Assembly: GCF_009914755.1 (NCBI RefSeq)
Contig: NC_060947.1
Length of the DNA stretch: 64,000 nucleotides
Reading direction: 5' to 3' (one strand)
DNA from: the human T2T-CHM13v2.0 reference genome, Homo sapiens
The notes beneath the pieces were generated by a model, which saw only the letters and a program-made list of their open reading frames with translations, did not search any database and was not told the origin of the DNA. Shown here in pieces: positions 1 to 13,400 of this stretch. The first letter of the stretch is position 1. Every line of letters starts with the position of its first letter. A program made the position numbers and the translations under genes.

Positions 1-585
1 TGGATTCAGCTCACAGAGTTTTATCTTTCTTTTGATTCAGTGGGTTGGAAACACTCTTTTTGTAGAATCTGACAATGGACATTTCTGAACGCACTGAGGC
101 CTATAGTGAAAACCGAATATCTTGCAATAAAAACCAGAAAGAAGCTATCATCTGTGAAAATGCTTTAGTAAGTGTGGATTCAGCTCACAGTTAAAAGTTT
201 CTTTTGATTCAGCAGGTTGGAAACACTCTTTTTGTAGAATCTGTGTAGGAACATTTCGAAGCACACTGAGTCCTATAAAGAAAAACTGAATATCCCATGA
301 TAAAAACTAGGAAGAAGCTATCTGTGAAACTGCTTTATGATGTGTGGATTCAGCTCACAGAGTTTTATCTTTCTTTTGATTCAGTGGGTTGGAAACACTC
401 TTTTTGTAGAATCTGACAATGGACATTTCTGAACGCACTGAGGCCTATAGTGAAAACCGAATATCTTGCAATAAAAACTAGAAAGAAGCTATCATCTGTG
501 AAAATGCTTTAGTAAGTGTGGATTCAGCTCACAGTTAAAAGTTTCTTTTGATTCAGCAGGTTGGAAACACTCTTTTTGTAGAATC
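1..585 (+). repeat. Near-perfect 344-bp tandem duplication (two monomers)
   Basis: 1-241 matches 345-585 with one mismatch seen (C135/T479), including a shared ATC insertion (GAAGCTATCATCTGTG). Confidence 0.92.
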
Positions 586-3500
586 AGTGAAGGGACATTT
601 GGGAGGACACTGAGGCTTAAAGTGAAAAACAGAATACCCCATGATAAAAACTACAATGAAGGGATCTGTGAAACTATTTTGTGATGTGTTGATGCAGATC
701 ACAGTGTTAAAACTTTCCTTTGATTTAGCAGGTTGGAAACACTTTTTATGTAGAACCTAAGAATGGACATTTCTGAACCCACAGAGGCCTATAGTGAAAA
801 CAGAATGTCTTGTGATAAAAACTGGAAAGAAGCTATCTGTGAAACTGATTTGTGATATGTGGATTCAGCTCACAAAGGTAAACACTACTTTTGATTCAGT
901 AAGTTGGAAACACTATTTTTGTAGAATATGCAAAAGGACATTTCTGAGTGCACTGAGGCTTATAGTGAAAAAACGAATATCCCGTGATCAAAACTCAAAG
1001 AATCTATCTGTGAAAATGCTTTGTAATGTGTTGATACAGATCACAGAGTTAAATATTGGTTTTGATTCAGCAGGTTGGAAACACTCTTTTATTTTAGTGT
1101 AAGAATGGACATTTCTGAAACCTCTGAGGCCCAGAGTGAAAACAAAATATCCAGTGACAAAAACGACAAAGCCACTATCTGTGAAAATATTTTGTAATGT
1201 GTGGATTCAGTTCAAATAATTTAACCTTTCTTTTTGGTTCAGCAGGTTGGAAACACTGTTTTAGTGGAGCATAAAAACGGACATTTCTCATTTCTGAACC
1301 CATTGAGGCATACAGTGAAAACGGAATATCCCATGATAAAAACTACAAAGAAGCAGTGTGTGAAACTGCTTTGTGATGTGTGGACTCAACTCACCGAGTT
1401 AAAACTTTGTTTTTATTCAGCTGACTGAAAACACACTTTTTGTAAAATCAAAGAATGAATATTACTGAACCCACTGAGGCCTAAAATGAAAACTGAATAT
1501 CCAGGGATAAAAACTACAAACATGCTATCTGTGAAACTGCTTTGTGATGAGAGCATTCAGGTCTCAGAGGTAAACCTTTCTTTTGATTCAGCAGGTTGGA
1601 ATAACTCTTTTTGTAGAATCTGTAAAGGAACATTTCAGAATGCACAGAGGCCTATAAAGAAAAATGCAATCTCTTGTGATAAAAACTAGAAAGAAGCTAT
1701 CTGTGAAACTGCTTTGTGATGTGTGGATTCAGCTCACAGAGTTAAACCTTCCTTTTGATTCAACATGTTGAAAACGCTCTTTTTGTAGACTCTAAGAATG
1801 GGCATTTCAGAACACCCTATGCCCTGTTGTGAAAACCAAATATCCCGTGATAAAACCAGAAAGAAGCTATCTGTGAAACTGCTTCATGATGTGTGGATTC
1901 AGCTCATAGAGTTAAACTTTCTTTGGATTCAGCAGGTTGGAAACTTTTTTTGTAGAATGTGCAAAGGGAAATTTGGAGGTGCTATGGGGCTGAAAGTGAA
2001 AAAGAGACTATCCCGTGATAAAACTAGAGAGATGCTATCTCTGAAACTGCTTTGTGATGTGCAGATACAGCTCACAGAGTTAAATCTTTCTTTTGATTCA
2101 GCAGGTTGGAAACACATTTTTTGTAGAATCTAAAAACGGACATTTCTGAACCCACTGAGGCCTATAGTGAAATCCGAACATCCCACGATAAACAGCACAA
2201 AGAATCTCTATGTTGAACTGCTTTGTGTTGTGTGGATTCGGCTCAAAGAGTTAAACTTATTTTTATTTAACATGTAGGAAACACTCTTTTGGTAGAATCT
2301 GTGAAACAACATTTTGGAGTGCACTAAGGCATATAAAGAAAAACAAATTATCCCACGAAAAAAACTAGAAAGAAGCTATCTGTGAAACTGCTTTGTGATG
2401 AGTGGATTCAGCTCACAGAGTTAAACCTTTCTTTTTATTCAGCAGGTTGGAAACACTCTTTGTAGAATCTGAGAAGGGACATTTGGGGATGCACTGAGGC
2501 TTGAAGTGAAAAAGAGAATATTCCACGATAAAAACTAGAAAGAATTTATCTGTGAAGCTGCTTTGTGATGTATTGATATGGCTCAAAGAATTAAACCTTA
2601 CTTTTGATTCAGGCAGGTTGGAAACACTTTTTTTGTGGAATCTAGGAAGGGACGTTTCTAAACCCACTGAGGCCAATAGTGAAAACCAAATATCCTGTGA
2701 TAAAAATCACAAAGAAGCTATCTGTGAAACTTCTTTGTTATGTGTAGATTCAGCTCACGATGTTAAACCTTTGTTTTGATTCAGAAGGTTGGAAGAACCG
2801 TTTTTGTAGGATCTAAGAATAGACGTTTCTGAATCCACTGATGCCTCTAATGAAAACCAAATATCCAGTGATAAAATGTAAAAACATGCTATCTGTGAAA
2901 CTGCTTTGTAATGCATTGATTCAGTTCACACAATTAAACCTTTCTTTTAATTCAGCAGGTTGGAAACGCTCATTTTGTAGAATCTGCGAGGGAGCATTTC
3001 GGAGGGCACTGAGACATATAAAGAAAAACCGAATATTTTGTCATTAAAAACTAGAAAGAAGATATTGTTGAAACTGCTTTGCCATGCGTGGATTCAGTTC
3101 ATAGAAGTAAACCTTTGTTTGATTCAGCAGGTTCGAAACACTCTTTTTTGTGGAATCTAAGAATAGACATTTCTGAACCCACCGAGGCACATAGTGAATA
3201 CCAAATATCCCATGATAAAAACCAGAAAACAGCTATCTTTGTAACTTCTTTGTGATGCGTGGTTTTAGCTCACAGAGGTAAACTTTCTTTTGATTCAGCA
3301 GGTTGGAAACACTCTTTTTGTAGAATCTGCAAAGGGACATTTTGGGGCACAATGGAGCTTAAAGTGAAAAACAGAATATTCTGTGATAAAAAACTAGAAA
3401 CAACCTATCTGTGATACTGCTTTGTCATGTGTTGATACAGCTCAGAGAGTTAAACCTATCTTTTAAATTAGCAGGTTGCAAGCACTTTTTTGGTAGAATC

Positions 3501-6500
3501 TAAGATTGGACATTTCTGTACCCTCTAATGTCTGTAGTGAATACCGAATATTCTGCAATAAAAACTTGAAAGAATCTATCTGTGAAACTGCATTGTGATG
3601 TGTGAATTCAGCTCACAGAACTCAAACTTTCCTTTGATTCAGCAGGTAGGAAACACTCTTTTTGTAGATTCGGCCAAGGGGCAATTCAGAGCACACTTTG
3701 GCCAATAGCGAAAAATAAAACATCTCATGAAGAAAACTAGAAAGATGCTATCTGTGAAACTGATTTGTAATGCTTGGATTCAGCTCACAGAGTTAAACAT
3801 TTATTTTGATTCAGCAGGTTGGAAACGCTGTTTTTGCAGAATCTACAAAGAAACATTTTGGGGCACACTAAGGCTTAAAGTGAAAAACAGAATATGTAAT
3901 GATTACAACTAAAAAGAAATTTTGTGATAAAAACTAAAAAGAAGTTATCTGTGAAACTACTTTGTAATGTGTGGATTCAGCTCATGGAGTTATACTTTTC
4001 TTTTATTGCAGTAGATTGAAAACCCTCTTTTTGAAGAATCTGGGAAGGGACATTTCTGAACCCAATGAGGCCTATAGTGAAAACAGAATATCCCATGATA
4101 AAAACTAGAAAGAAGTTATCTGTGAAACTACTCTGTGATGTATGGATTCAGCTCACAGGGTTAAACATTTCTTTTGATTCAGTAGGTTGGAAACACTCTT
4201 TTGTAGAATCTGCAAAGGGACATTTGTGGGCATACTGGGGGTTAAATTGAAAAACAGAATATTCCACGATAAAACTAGATAGAGGCTGTCTGTGAAACTG
4301 CTTTGTGACGTGTTGATAAAGCTCGCAGTGGTAAACCTCTCTTTTGATTCTGCAGATTGGAAGCACTTATTTCTAAAATCTAAGAATGGACATTTCTGAA
4401 CCTGCTGAAACCTATAGTGAAAACCGAATATTCCTTGATAAAACCAGAAAGAATCTATCTGTTAAACTGCTTTGAGATGTGAGGATTCAGCTCACAGAGT
4501 TAAAGCTTTCTTTTGATTCAGCAGATTGGAAACACTCTTTTTGTAGAATCTGCAAAAAAACATTTTGGAGCATGCTGAGGCCTATAAATAAAAAATGAAC
4601 ATCCCGTGATAAAAACTAGAAATAATCTATCTGTGAAACTGCATTGTGATGTGTGGATTTGGCTCACAGTTAAACTTTTCTTTTGATTCAGCATGTTGGA
4701 AACACTCTTTTGGTATAATCTAAGATTGGACATTTCTGAATCCACTGAGGTTTATGATGATAAACAAATATCTTGTGATAAGAACTAGATGGAAGCTCTC
4801 TGTGAAACTGCTTTGTGATGTATGGATTCAGCTCACAAAGTTAAACTTGCCTTTTGATTCAGAAGGTTGGACACACTCTTTTTACAGGATCTGTGAAGGG
4901 ACATTAGGTGGTGTACTGTGAATTAAAGTGAAAAACAGAATATTCCATGATAAAAACTAGAAAGAAGCTGTCTGTGAGACTGCTTTGTGATGTATTGATG
5001 CAGCTCACAGAGGTAAACCTTTCTTTGGATTCAGCAGGTTGGAAACACATTTTTGTAGAATCTAAGAATAGACATTTCTGAACCCATTGAAGCATAGGGT
5101 GAAAACGGAATGTCTCACAATAACCACTACAAAGAAGCTATCTGTGAAACTGCTTTGTGATGTGTGGATGCAGCTCAGAGAGTTAAACCTTTCTATTGAC
5201 TCAACAGGTTGGAAACCCTTTTTTCTGTAGAATCTGTGAAGGAAAATTTTGGAGCGAACATGGCCTATGAAGAAAAACCAAATATCCCGTGATAAAAACT
5301 AGAAAGAAGTTATCTGTGAAAGTGTTTTGTGATATGTGGATTCAGCTCAAAGAATTAAACCTTTCTTTGATTCAGTATGTTGGAAACACTCTTTTTGCAG
5401 AATCTAAGAATGAGCATTTCTGAACCCAGTGAGGCCTATGGTGAAAACCAAATATCTGAGGATAAAAAGCAGAAAGAATCTATCTGTGGACCTGCTTTGT
5501 GATGTGTGGATTCAGCTCACAGGGTTAAACCTTTCTTTTGATTCAGCGGGTTGGAAACGATCTTTTTGTAGAATCTCAAAAGGGACATTTCTGAACCCAC
5601 TGAGGCCTATAGTGGCAAAAACTAGAAAAAAGCTATCTGTGAACCTGCTTTGCTGAATGTGGATTCAGCTCACATAGTTACACCTTTCTTTTGATTCAGT
5701 AGGTTGGAAACACCCTTTTTGTAGAATCTAGGAATGGACATTTCTGAATCCACTGAAGTCTATAGCAAAAACTGAATATCCCACAATAAAAGTAGAAAGA
5801 AGCTATCTGTGAAACTGCTTTATTTTGTATGGATTCAGCTCACAGAGTTAAACCTTTCTGCTGATTCAGCAGGTTGGAAACACTCTTTTTGTAGAATCTG
5901 GGAAGGGACATTTCTGAATCAAATGAGGCCTATAGTGAAAGCCAAATATCCCACAATAAAAACAAAAGAGAATCTATCTGTGAAACTGCCTTGTGATGTG
6001 TGGATTCAGCACACAGAGGTAAAGCTTTCTTTTGATTCAGCACGTTGGAAACACTTTCTTTCTAGAATCGGTGAAAGGATATTTCTGAGACCACTGAGGC
6101 CTATAGTGAAAATGGAATATCCTGTGATAAAAACTGGAGAGAAGCTGTCTGTGAAACTGCTTTGTGATGTGTTGACACGGCTCACAGAGGCAAACTGTTC
6201 TTTGGATTAAGCAGGTTGATAAAACATCTTTTGTAGAATCTATGAATGGACATTTCTGAACCCACTAAGTCCCAAAGTGAAAACCGAATATCCAGCTATA
6301 AAAAGTAGAATGACGCTAACTGTGAAACTGCTTTGTGATGCCTGTATTCAGCTCACAGAGTTACACCTTTCTTTTGATTCAGCAAGTTGGAAACACACTC
6401 TTTGTGGAATCTAAGAATAAACACTTCTAAACCCACTGAAATGTTTGTTGAAAACTGAATATCCCATGAAAAAAATCCACAAAAAGCTATGTGTGAGACT

Positions 6501-9500
6501 CCTTTGTGATGGGTGAATTCGACTCACAGAGTTAAACCTTCCATTTGATTCAGTAGGTTGGAAACACTCTTTTTGTAGAATCTATAAATGGACATTTCTG
6601 AGCCTTCTGAAACCTATAGTGAGAACTGAATATCCCATGATAAAAACTAGAAATAATTTACCTGTGAAACTTCTTTTTGATTTGAGGAGTCAGCTCGCAG
6701 TGGTAAACTTTTGTCTTGATTCCACAGGTTGGAAACACTCTTTTTGTAGACTCTGCGAAGGAACATTTCGGAGTGCACAGAGGCCTATAAAGAAAAACAG
6801 AATATCCCATGATAAAAATGAAAAAGAAGCTATCTGTGAAACTGATCTGTGATGTGCGGATTAAGCTCACTGTGTTAAACCTTTATTTTGATTCAGTGTG
6901 TTTGAAACACTCTTTCTGTATAATCTATGAAGGGGCTTTTCTGAACCCACTGAGGCCTATAGTGAAAACCGAGTAGCCCACGATAAAATTAGAAAGAAGT
7001 TATTTGTGAAATTTTTTTTTGATGTATGGATTCAGCTCAAAGAGATAAACCTTTCTTTTGATTCAGCATTTTGGAAACACTCTTTTTGTAGAATCTGCAA
7101 AGGGATATTTGAGGGTGTAATGAGAATTAAAGTGAAAAACAGAGTATTCCACAATAAGTACTAGAAAGGGGCTGTCTGTGAAACTGCGTTGTGATGTGTT
7201 GATACAGCTCTCAGAGGTAAACCTTTCTTTGGATTCATCAAGTTGGAAAAACTTTTTTTGTAGAATCTAAGAATGAACATTTCTGAACCCACAGAGTCCT
7301 ATAGTGAAAACTGAATATCCAGTGATAAAAAGTAGAATGATGCTATCTGTGAACCTGCTTTGTAATGTGTGTATTCACCTCACAGATATAAACATTTCTT
7401 TTGATTCAGGAGGTTGGAAACACACTTTTTGTGGAATCAAAGAATGGACATTTCTGAACCAACTGAAGTGTTTGTTGAAAACCTAATATTCCGTAATAAA
7501 TACCAGAAAGTAGCTATCTGTGAAACTGCTTTGTGATGTGTGGATTCAGATCTCAAAATTAAACTTTCTTTTGATGCAACAGTTTGGTAACAATCTTTTT
7601 GTAGATCTGTGAAGGGACAATTCAGAGCGAAGTTTGGCCTATTCAGAGAAAACAAATATCCCACGATAAAAACTAGGAAGAAGCTATCTGTGAAACTGCT
7701 TTTTGATGAGTGAATTCAGTTCACTGAGTTAAAGCATTGTTTTGATTCAGCAGGTTGGTAATACTCTTTTCTTATAATCTAGAAGAGACATTTTTGAACC
7801 CACTGAGGCCTATAGTGGAAGCTGAATATCCCACGATAAAAACTAGAAAGAAGCTGCCTGTGAAACTGCTTTGTGATGTGTGGATTCAGCTCACAGAGTT
7901 AAATCTTTCTTTTAATTCAGCAGGTTGGAATCACTCTTTTTGTAGAATCCAAAAATGGACATTTCTGAACTCACTGAGACTTATAGTCAAAACCAAGTAT
8001 CCTGTGATAAAAACTAGAAAGAAGCTATCTGTGAAACTCCTTTGTGCTATGTGGATTCAGCTCACAAAGTTAAACCTTTATTTGATGCAGCAGGTTGGAA
8101 AAACTTTTTTTTTATAGAAACTGCAAAGGGACATTTGGGGGTGCACTGAGACTTAAAGTGAAAAAGATAATATCCCATGATAAAAACTAGAAAAAAGGTA
8201 TCTGTGAAACTGATTTTTGGTGTGTCGATACAGCTCACAGGGTTAAAAATTTCTTTTGATTCAGCAGGTGGGAAACACTTGTTTGTAGAATCTAAGAATG
8301 GGCATTTCTGAAACCACTGGGGCATACAGTGAAAACTGAATATCAATGATAAAAAGCAGAAAGATGCTATCTGTGAAAATGCTTTGTGAAGTGTGGATAC
8401 AGTTCATAGAACTAAACCTTTCTTTTCTTTCATCAGGTTGGAAGCACTCATTTTTAGGAGTCTATGCATGGACATTTCTGAACCCACTGAGGAATATAGT
8501 GAAAACTGAATATCCCAAGCTAAAAACTACAAAGAGGCTATCTGTGAAACTGCTTTGCGATTTGTGGATTTTGCTCACAAAGTTAAACCTTACTTTCGAT
8601 TAGGCAGGTCTTTTTGTAGAATCTGGGAAGACACATTTCTGAGCCTACTGAGGCCTACAATGAAAACCCAATATCCTTTTATAAAAACTAGAAAAACTAG
8701 AAAGAATTTATCAGTTAAACTGCTTTGTGATGGGTGGATTCAGCTCACACAGTTAAACATTTGTTTTGACTCAGCAGGTTGGGAACACTTTTTTTGTAGT
8801 ATCTAAGAATGGACATTTCTGAACACACTGATTCTGGTAGTGAAAACCAAATATCCTGTGAGAAAAACTAGAAAGACACAATTTGTAAAGCTGCTTTGTG
8901 ATGTGGGGATTCAGACCACTGAATTAAACCTTTCTTTTGATTCAGCAGGTTGGAAACACACTTTTTGTGGAGTCAAAGAATGAACATTTCTGAACACACT
9001 GAGGTGTATACTGAAAACTGAATATCCTGCAATAAAAGCCACAAAGAAGCAACCTATGAAACTGCTTCTTGATGTGTGGATTCAGCTCAAAGAGTTAAAC
9101 CTGTTTTTTGATTGAGCACGTTGAAAACACTCTTTTTTGTAGAATCTGGAAATGGAATTTTCTGAGCCCTTTGAAGCCTGTAGTGAAAATCAATTATTTC
9201 ACCATTAAAAATAGAAAGAATCTACCTATGAAACTGCTTTGTGAAGATGTATTCAGCTCAGAGAATTAAACCTTTCTTTTGATCCAACAGGTTGAAAACA
9301 CTCTTTTTGTAGAATGAGTGAAGGAACATTTCTGAACCCTCTGTGGCATATAGTGAAAACCGCATATCCTGCAATAAAAACTAGGAAGAAACTATCTGTG
9401 AAAGTGCTTTTTGATATGTTGATTCAGCTCACTGAGTAAAACCTGTCGTTTGATTCAGCAAGTTGGAATCTCATTTTTTGTTGAATCTGCGAAGGGACAT

Positions 9501-10400
9501 TTCAGGGCACACTGAGGCCTATAGTAAAAAAGAAGAGAATATCCAGCTATAAAAAGTAGAAAGAAGCTTTCTTTTAAACTGCTTTGTGTTTTATGGACTC
9601 ATCTCAGAGAGCTAAACTTTTTGTTGTTGTTGTTCAGCAGATTGGATATGCTCTTTTTGTAGAATCTGGGAAGGGATATTTCTGAGCCTACTGAGGCATA
9701 CACTGAAAACAAAATATCCAGCAATAGAAAGTAGAAAGAAGCTATCTGTGAAACTTCTCTGTTATGTGTGGATTCAGCTCACAGGGTTAAACCTTCGTTT
9801 TGACGCTGCAGGATAAAGACTCTTTTTGTAACACCTAAGAATGGACATTTCTGAACCCACTGAGGCCTATAGTGAAAATTTAATGTCCCACAATAAAAAC
9901 TAGAAAGACACTATCTGTGAAACTACCTTGTGATGTGTGGATTCAGCTCACAAATTAAAATTTATTTTGATTCAGCAAGTTGGAAACACTCTTTTTGTGG
10001 AATCTAAGAATGGACATTTCTGAACACACTGAGGTGTATAGTTATAACCCAATATCCTGTGAGAAAAACTACAAATAAGCTATTTGTGAAACTGCTTTGT
10101 GATGTGCGAATTCAGCTCACAAAGTTAAACCTTTTTTTTTATTCAGTAGGGTGAAAACCCTCTTTTTGTAGAGTCTAAGAATGGACATTTCTGAACCCAC
10201 CAAAACCTGTAGTGAAAAGCAAATGTCCCATGATAAAAACTAGAAAGAATCCATCTGTGAAACTGCTTTGTGAAGTGAGCATTCAGCTCACAGAGTTAAA
10301 CCTTTCTTTGGATTCAGCAGGTGGGAAACACTCTTCTTGTAGGATCTGTGAAGGACATTTCTGAGCCCAGTGAGGCTTATTGTGAAAAATAAAATATCCC
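1..10400 (+). repeat. Alpha satellite, diverged monomeric layer type 1
   Basis: Tandem ~171-bp units matching the alphoid consensus (GAAACTGCTTTGTGATGTGTG...CTCACAGAGTTAAACCTTTCTTTTGATTCAGCAGGTTGGAAACACTCTTTTTGTAGAATCT). Layer diagnostics are GGATTCAGCTCAC, AAGAATGGACATTTCTGAACCCACTGAGG and ATATCCCATGATAAAA. The right boundary is approximate (10380-10450). Confidence 0.95.
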
Positions 10401-13400
10401 CTGAGAAAACATAGAAAGAAGTTACATGTGAAACCACTTTGCAATGTATGCATTCATCTCACTGAGTTAAACCTTATTTTTGATTCAGCAGATTAGAAAC
10501 CCTCCTTTTGTAGAATCTGTGAAGGGACATTTGGGAGCTCTTTCAGGCCTATAGTGAAAAACCAAACATCCACAGATGAAAACTAGAAGGAAACTCTCTG
10601 TGAAACTGCTTTGTGATGTGTGCATTGAACTCAGAGTTGAACATGTCTTTTGATTCAGCAGGTTGGATACATTCTTTTAGTAGAATCTTCGAAGAGACAT
10701 TGAGAGCCCATTGAGGCCTATGGTGAAAAACTGAATAACCCCAGTTAAAACCTAGAAAGAAGCTATCTGGGAAACTGCTTTGCCTCACAGAGGTAAAACT
10801 TTCTTTTGATTCAGCAGGCTGGAAACAATTTTTTTTTTTTGTAGAATCTGTGAAGGGACATTTGGGATCCCAGTGTGGGCTACAGTAAAAAACAAAATAT
10901 CCACAAATAAAAACAGGAAAGAAGCTATCTGTGAAACTGCTGTGTGATGTGTGCATTCATCTCACAGAGTTAAACTTTCCTTTTGATTCAGCAGGTTGGA
11001 AAAATTCTTTTTGTAGCATCTATGAAGAAACATTTGGGAGTACATTGAGGCCTATAGTGAAAACCAGAATATGCTCAGACAAAAACTAGACACAAGCTAT
11101 CTGCGAAACTGCTATGCAATGTGTGCATTTATTTCACAGGGTTAAACCATCTTTTGATTCAGCAGGTTGGAAACACTCTTTTGGTAGGATCTGCAAAAGG
11201 ACATTTAGGAGCCCATTGAGGCCTATAGTGAAAAGCCGAATATCCACAGATAAAAACTAGATAGAAACTGTCTGCAAAATTGCTGTGATGTGTGCATTCG
11301 TCTCACAGTTAAACCTTTCTTTTGATTTTGCAGGTTGGAGACAATTTTGTGTAGAATCTGCCAAAGGAAAGTTGGGAGTCCACTGAGGCCTATGGTGAAA
11401 TATTGAATATCCCCAAATCTGTGAAAGTGCTTTGTGATGTGTGAATTCATCACACAGAGTTTATCTTTTCTTTTGATGCAGCAGGTTGGAAATACTATTT
11501 TATAGAAACTGCAAAAAGACAATTGGGATCCCTTAGAGGCTTATAGTGAAAAACAAGATATCCCAAGATAAAAACTAGAAAGAAGCTGTCTGTGAAACCA
11601 CTTTGCAATGTGTGCATTCATTGCACAGAGTTAAACCTTTCTTTTGATTCATCAGGTTGGAAAAACTCTTTTTGTAGAATTTTCAAACAGATATTTTGTA
11701 GCCCATTGAGGCCTACACTGTAAAAACCGAATATCCCCAGATAAAAAGCAAAAAGAAGCTATTTGTAAAACTACTTTGCAATGTGTGCATTCATCTCTCA
11801 GGGTTAAACTTTTTTTTTCGATGCAGCACTTTGACAACACTCTTCTTATAGAACCTGCAAAAGGATATTTAGGACCCCATTGAGGCTCATAGTTAAAAAC
11901 TGTTTATCCCCAGATGCAATCTGCAAGGAAGCTATCTGTGAAACAACTTTGTGCTGTGTGCATTTATCTCACATATGTAAACCTTTCTTTTGATTCAGCA
12001 GGTTGGGAACACTAATTTTGCAAAATCTGCAAAAATACATTTTGCTGTCCATTGAGGCCTACAGTGAAAAACTGAGTATCCCCAGATAAAAACTACAAAG
12101 AAGCTATCTGTGAAACTGCTTTGCAATGTGTGCATTCACCACACACTGTTAAACCTTTCTTTTGATTCATCAGGTTGGGAAAACTCTTTTTATAGAATCT
12201 TCAAAGGGACATTTGGGAGCCCATTGAGGCCCATAGTGAAAAATCGAATATACACAGATAAAAACTAAAAAGAAGATATCTATGAAACTGCTTTGCAAAG
12301 CGTGCATTCATCTCACAGAGTTAAAGCTTTCTTTTGATTCAGCAAGCTGGAAACACTGTTTTCATAGAATCTGCAAAGAAACATTTGGGAGCCCATTAAG
12401 GCCTATAGTGAAAAACCAAATATCCCCAGATAGAAAGTAGAAAGCAGCTATCTGTGAAACCGCTTTGCAATGTGTGCATTTATCTCAGAGCGTTTATCCT
12501 TTCTTTTGATTCAGCAGCTTGGAAACACTATTTTATAGAAACTGCAGAAAGACATTTGGAATCCCATAGAGGCTTATAGTGAAAAACAAATATCCCCAGA
12601 TAAAAACCAGAAAGAAGCTATATGTGAAATCACTTTGCGATCTGTGCATTTGACAGAGGTAAAAATTAGTTTTGATTCAGTAGGTTGGAAACACTCCTAT
12701 TATACAATCTGCAAAGGAACATTTCGGAGCCCATTGAGGCCTATATCGAAAAAAAGAATATCCCCAGATGAAAGCTACAAAGAAGCTAACTGTGAAACTG
12801 CTTTGCAGTCTGTGCATTCACTACACAGCATTAAACTTTTCTTTTGATTCAGCAGTTTGGAAACACTCTTTTGGTAGAATCTGCAAAGGGACATTTGGGA
12901 GCCCGTAGAAGCCCATAGAGAAAAATTGAATATTGTCAGAAAGTATCTATCTGTAAAATCACTTTGTAATGTTTGCATTAATGTCATCAAGTAAAACCTT
13001 TCTTTTGATTCAGAAGATTGGAAACCTTTTTTTGTAGAATGCGTGAAGGGATATTTGGAGCTCATTGAATCCTGTGGTGAAAAAACGAATATCCCCAGAT
13101 AAAAGCTGGAAAGAAGCTATATGTAAAACTGCATTGTGGTGTTCGCGTTCATCTAACAGGGTTAAGCCTGCCTTTTGGTTCAGCAGGTTGTAAACACTGT
13201 TTTTGTAGAATCCGGAAAGGAACATTTGGGAGCTTTTTGAGACCTATGGTGAAAAACCAAATATCCCCAGTTAAATTAAAAGGAAGCTGTCTGTGAAACT
13301 GCTTTACAATGTGTGCATGAATTCAACAGAGTTAAACCTTACTTTTGTTTCAGCAGGTTAGAAGCATTTTTCTTGTAGGATCTGTGAAAAAAAATTTGGG

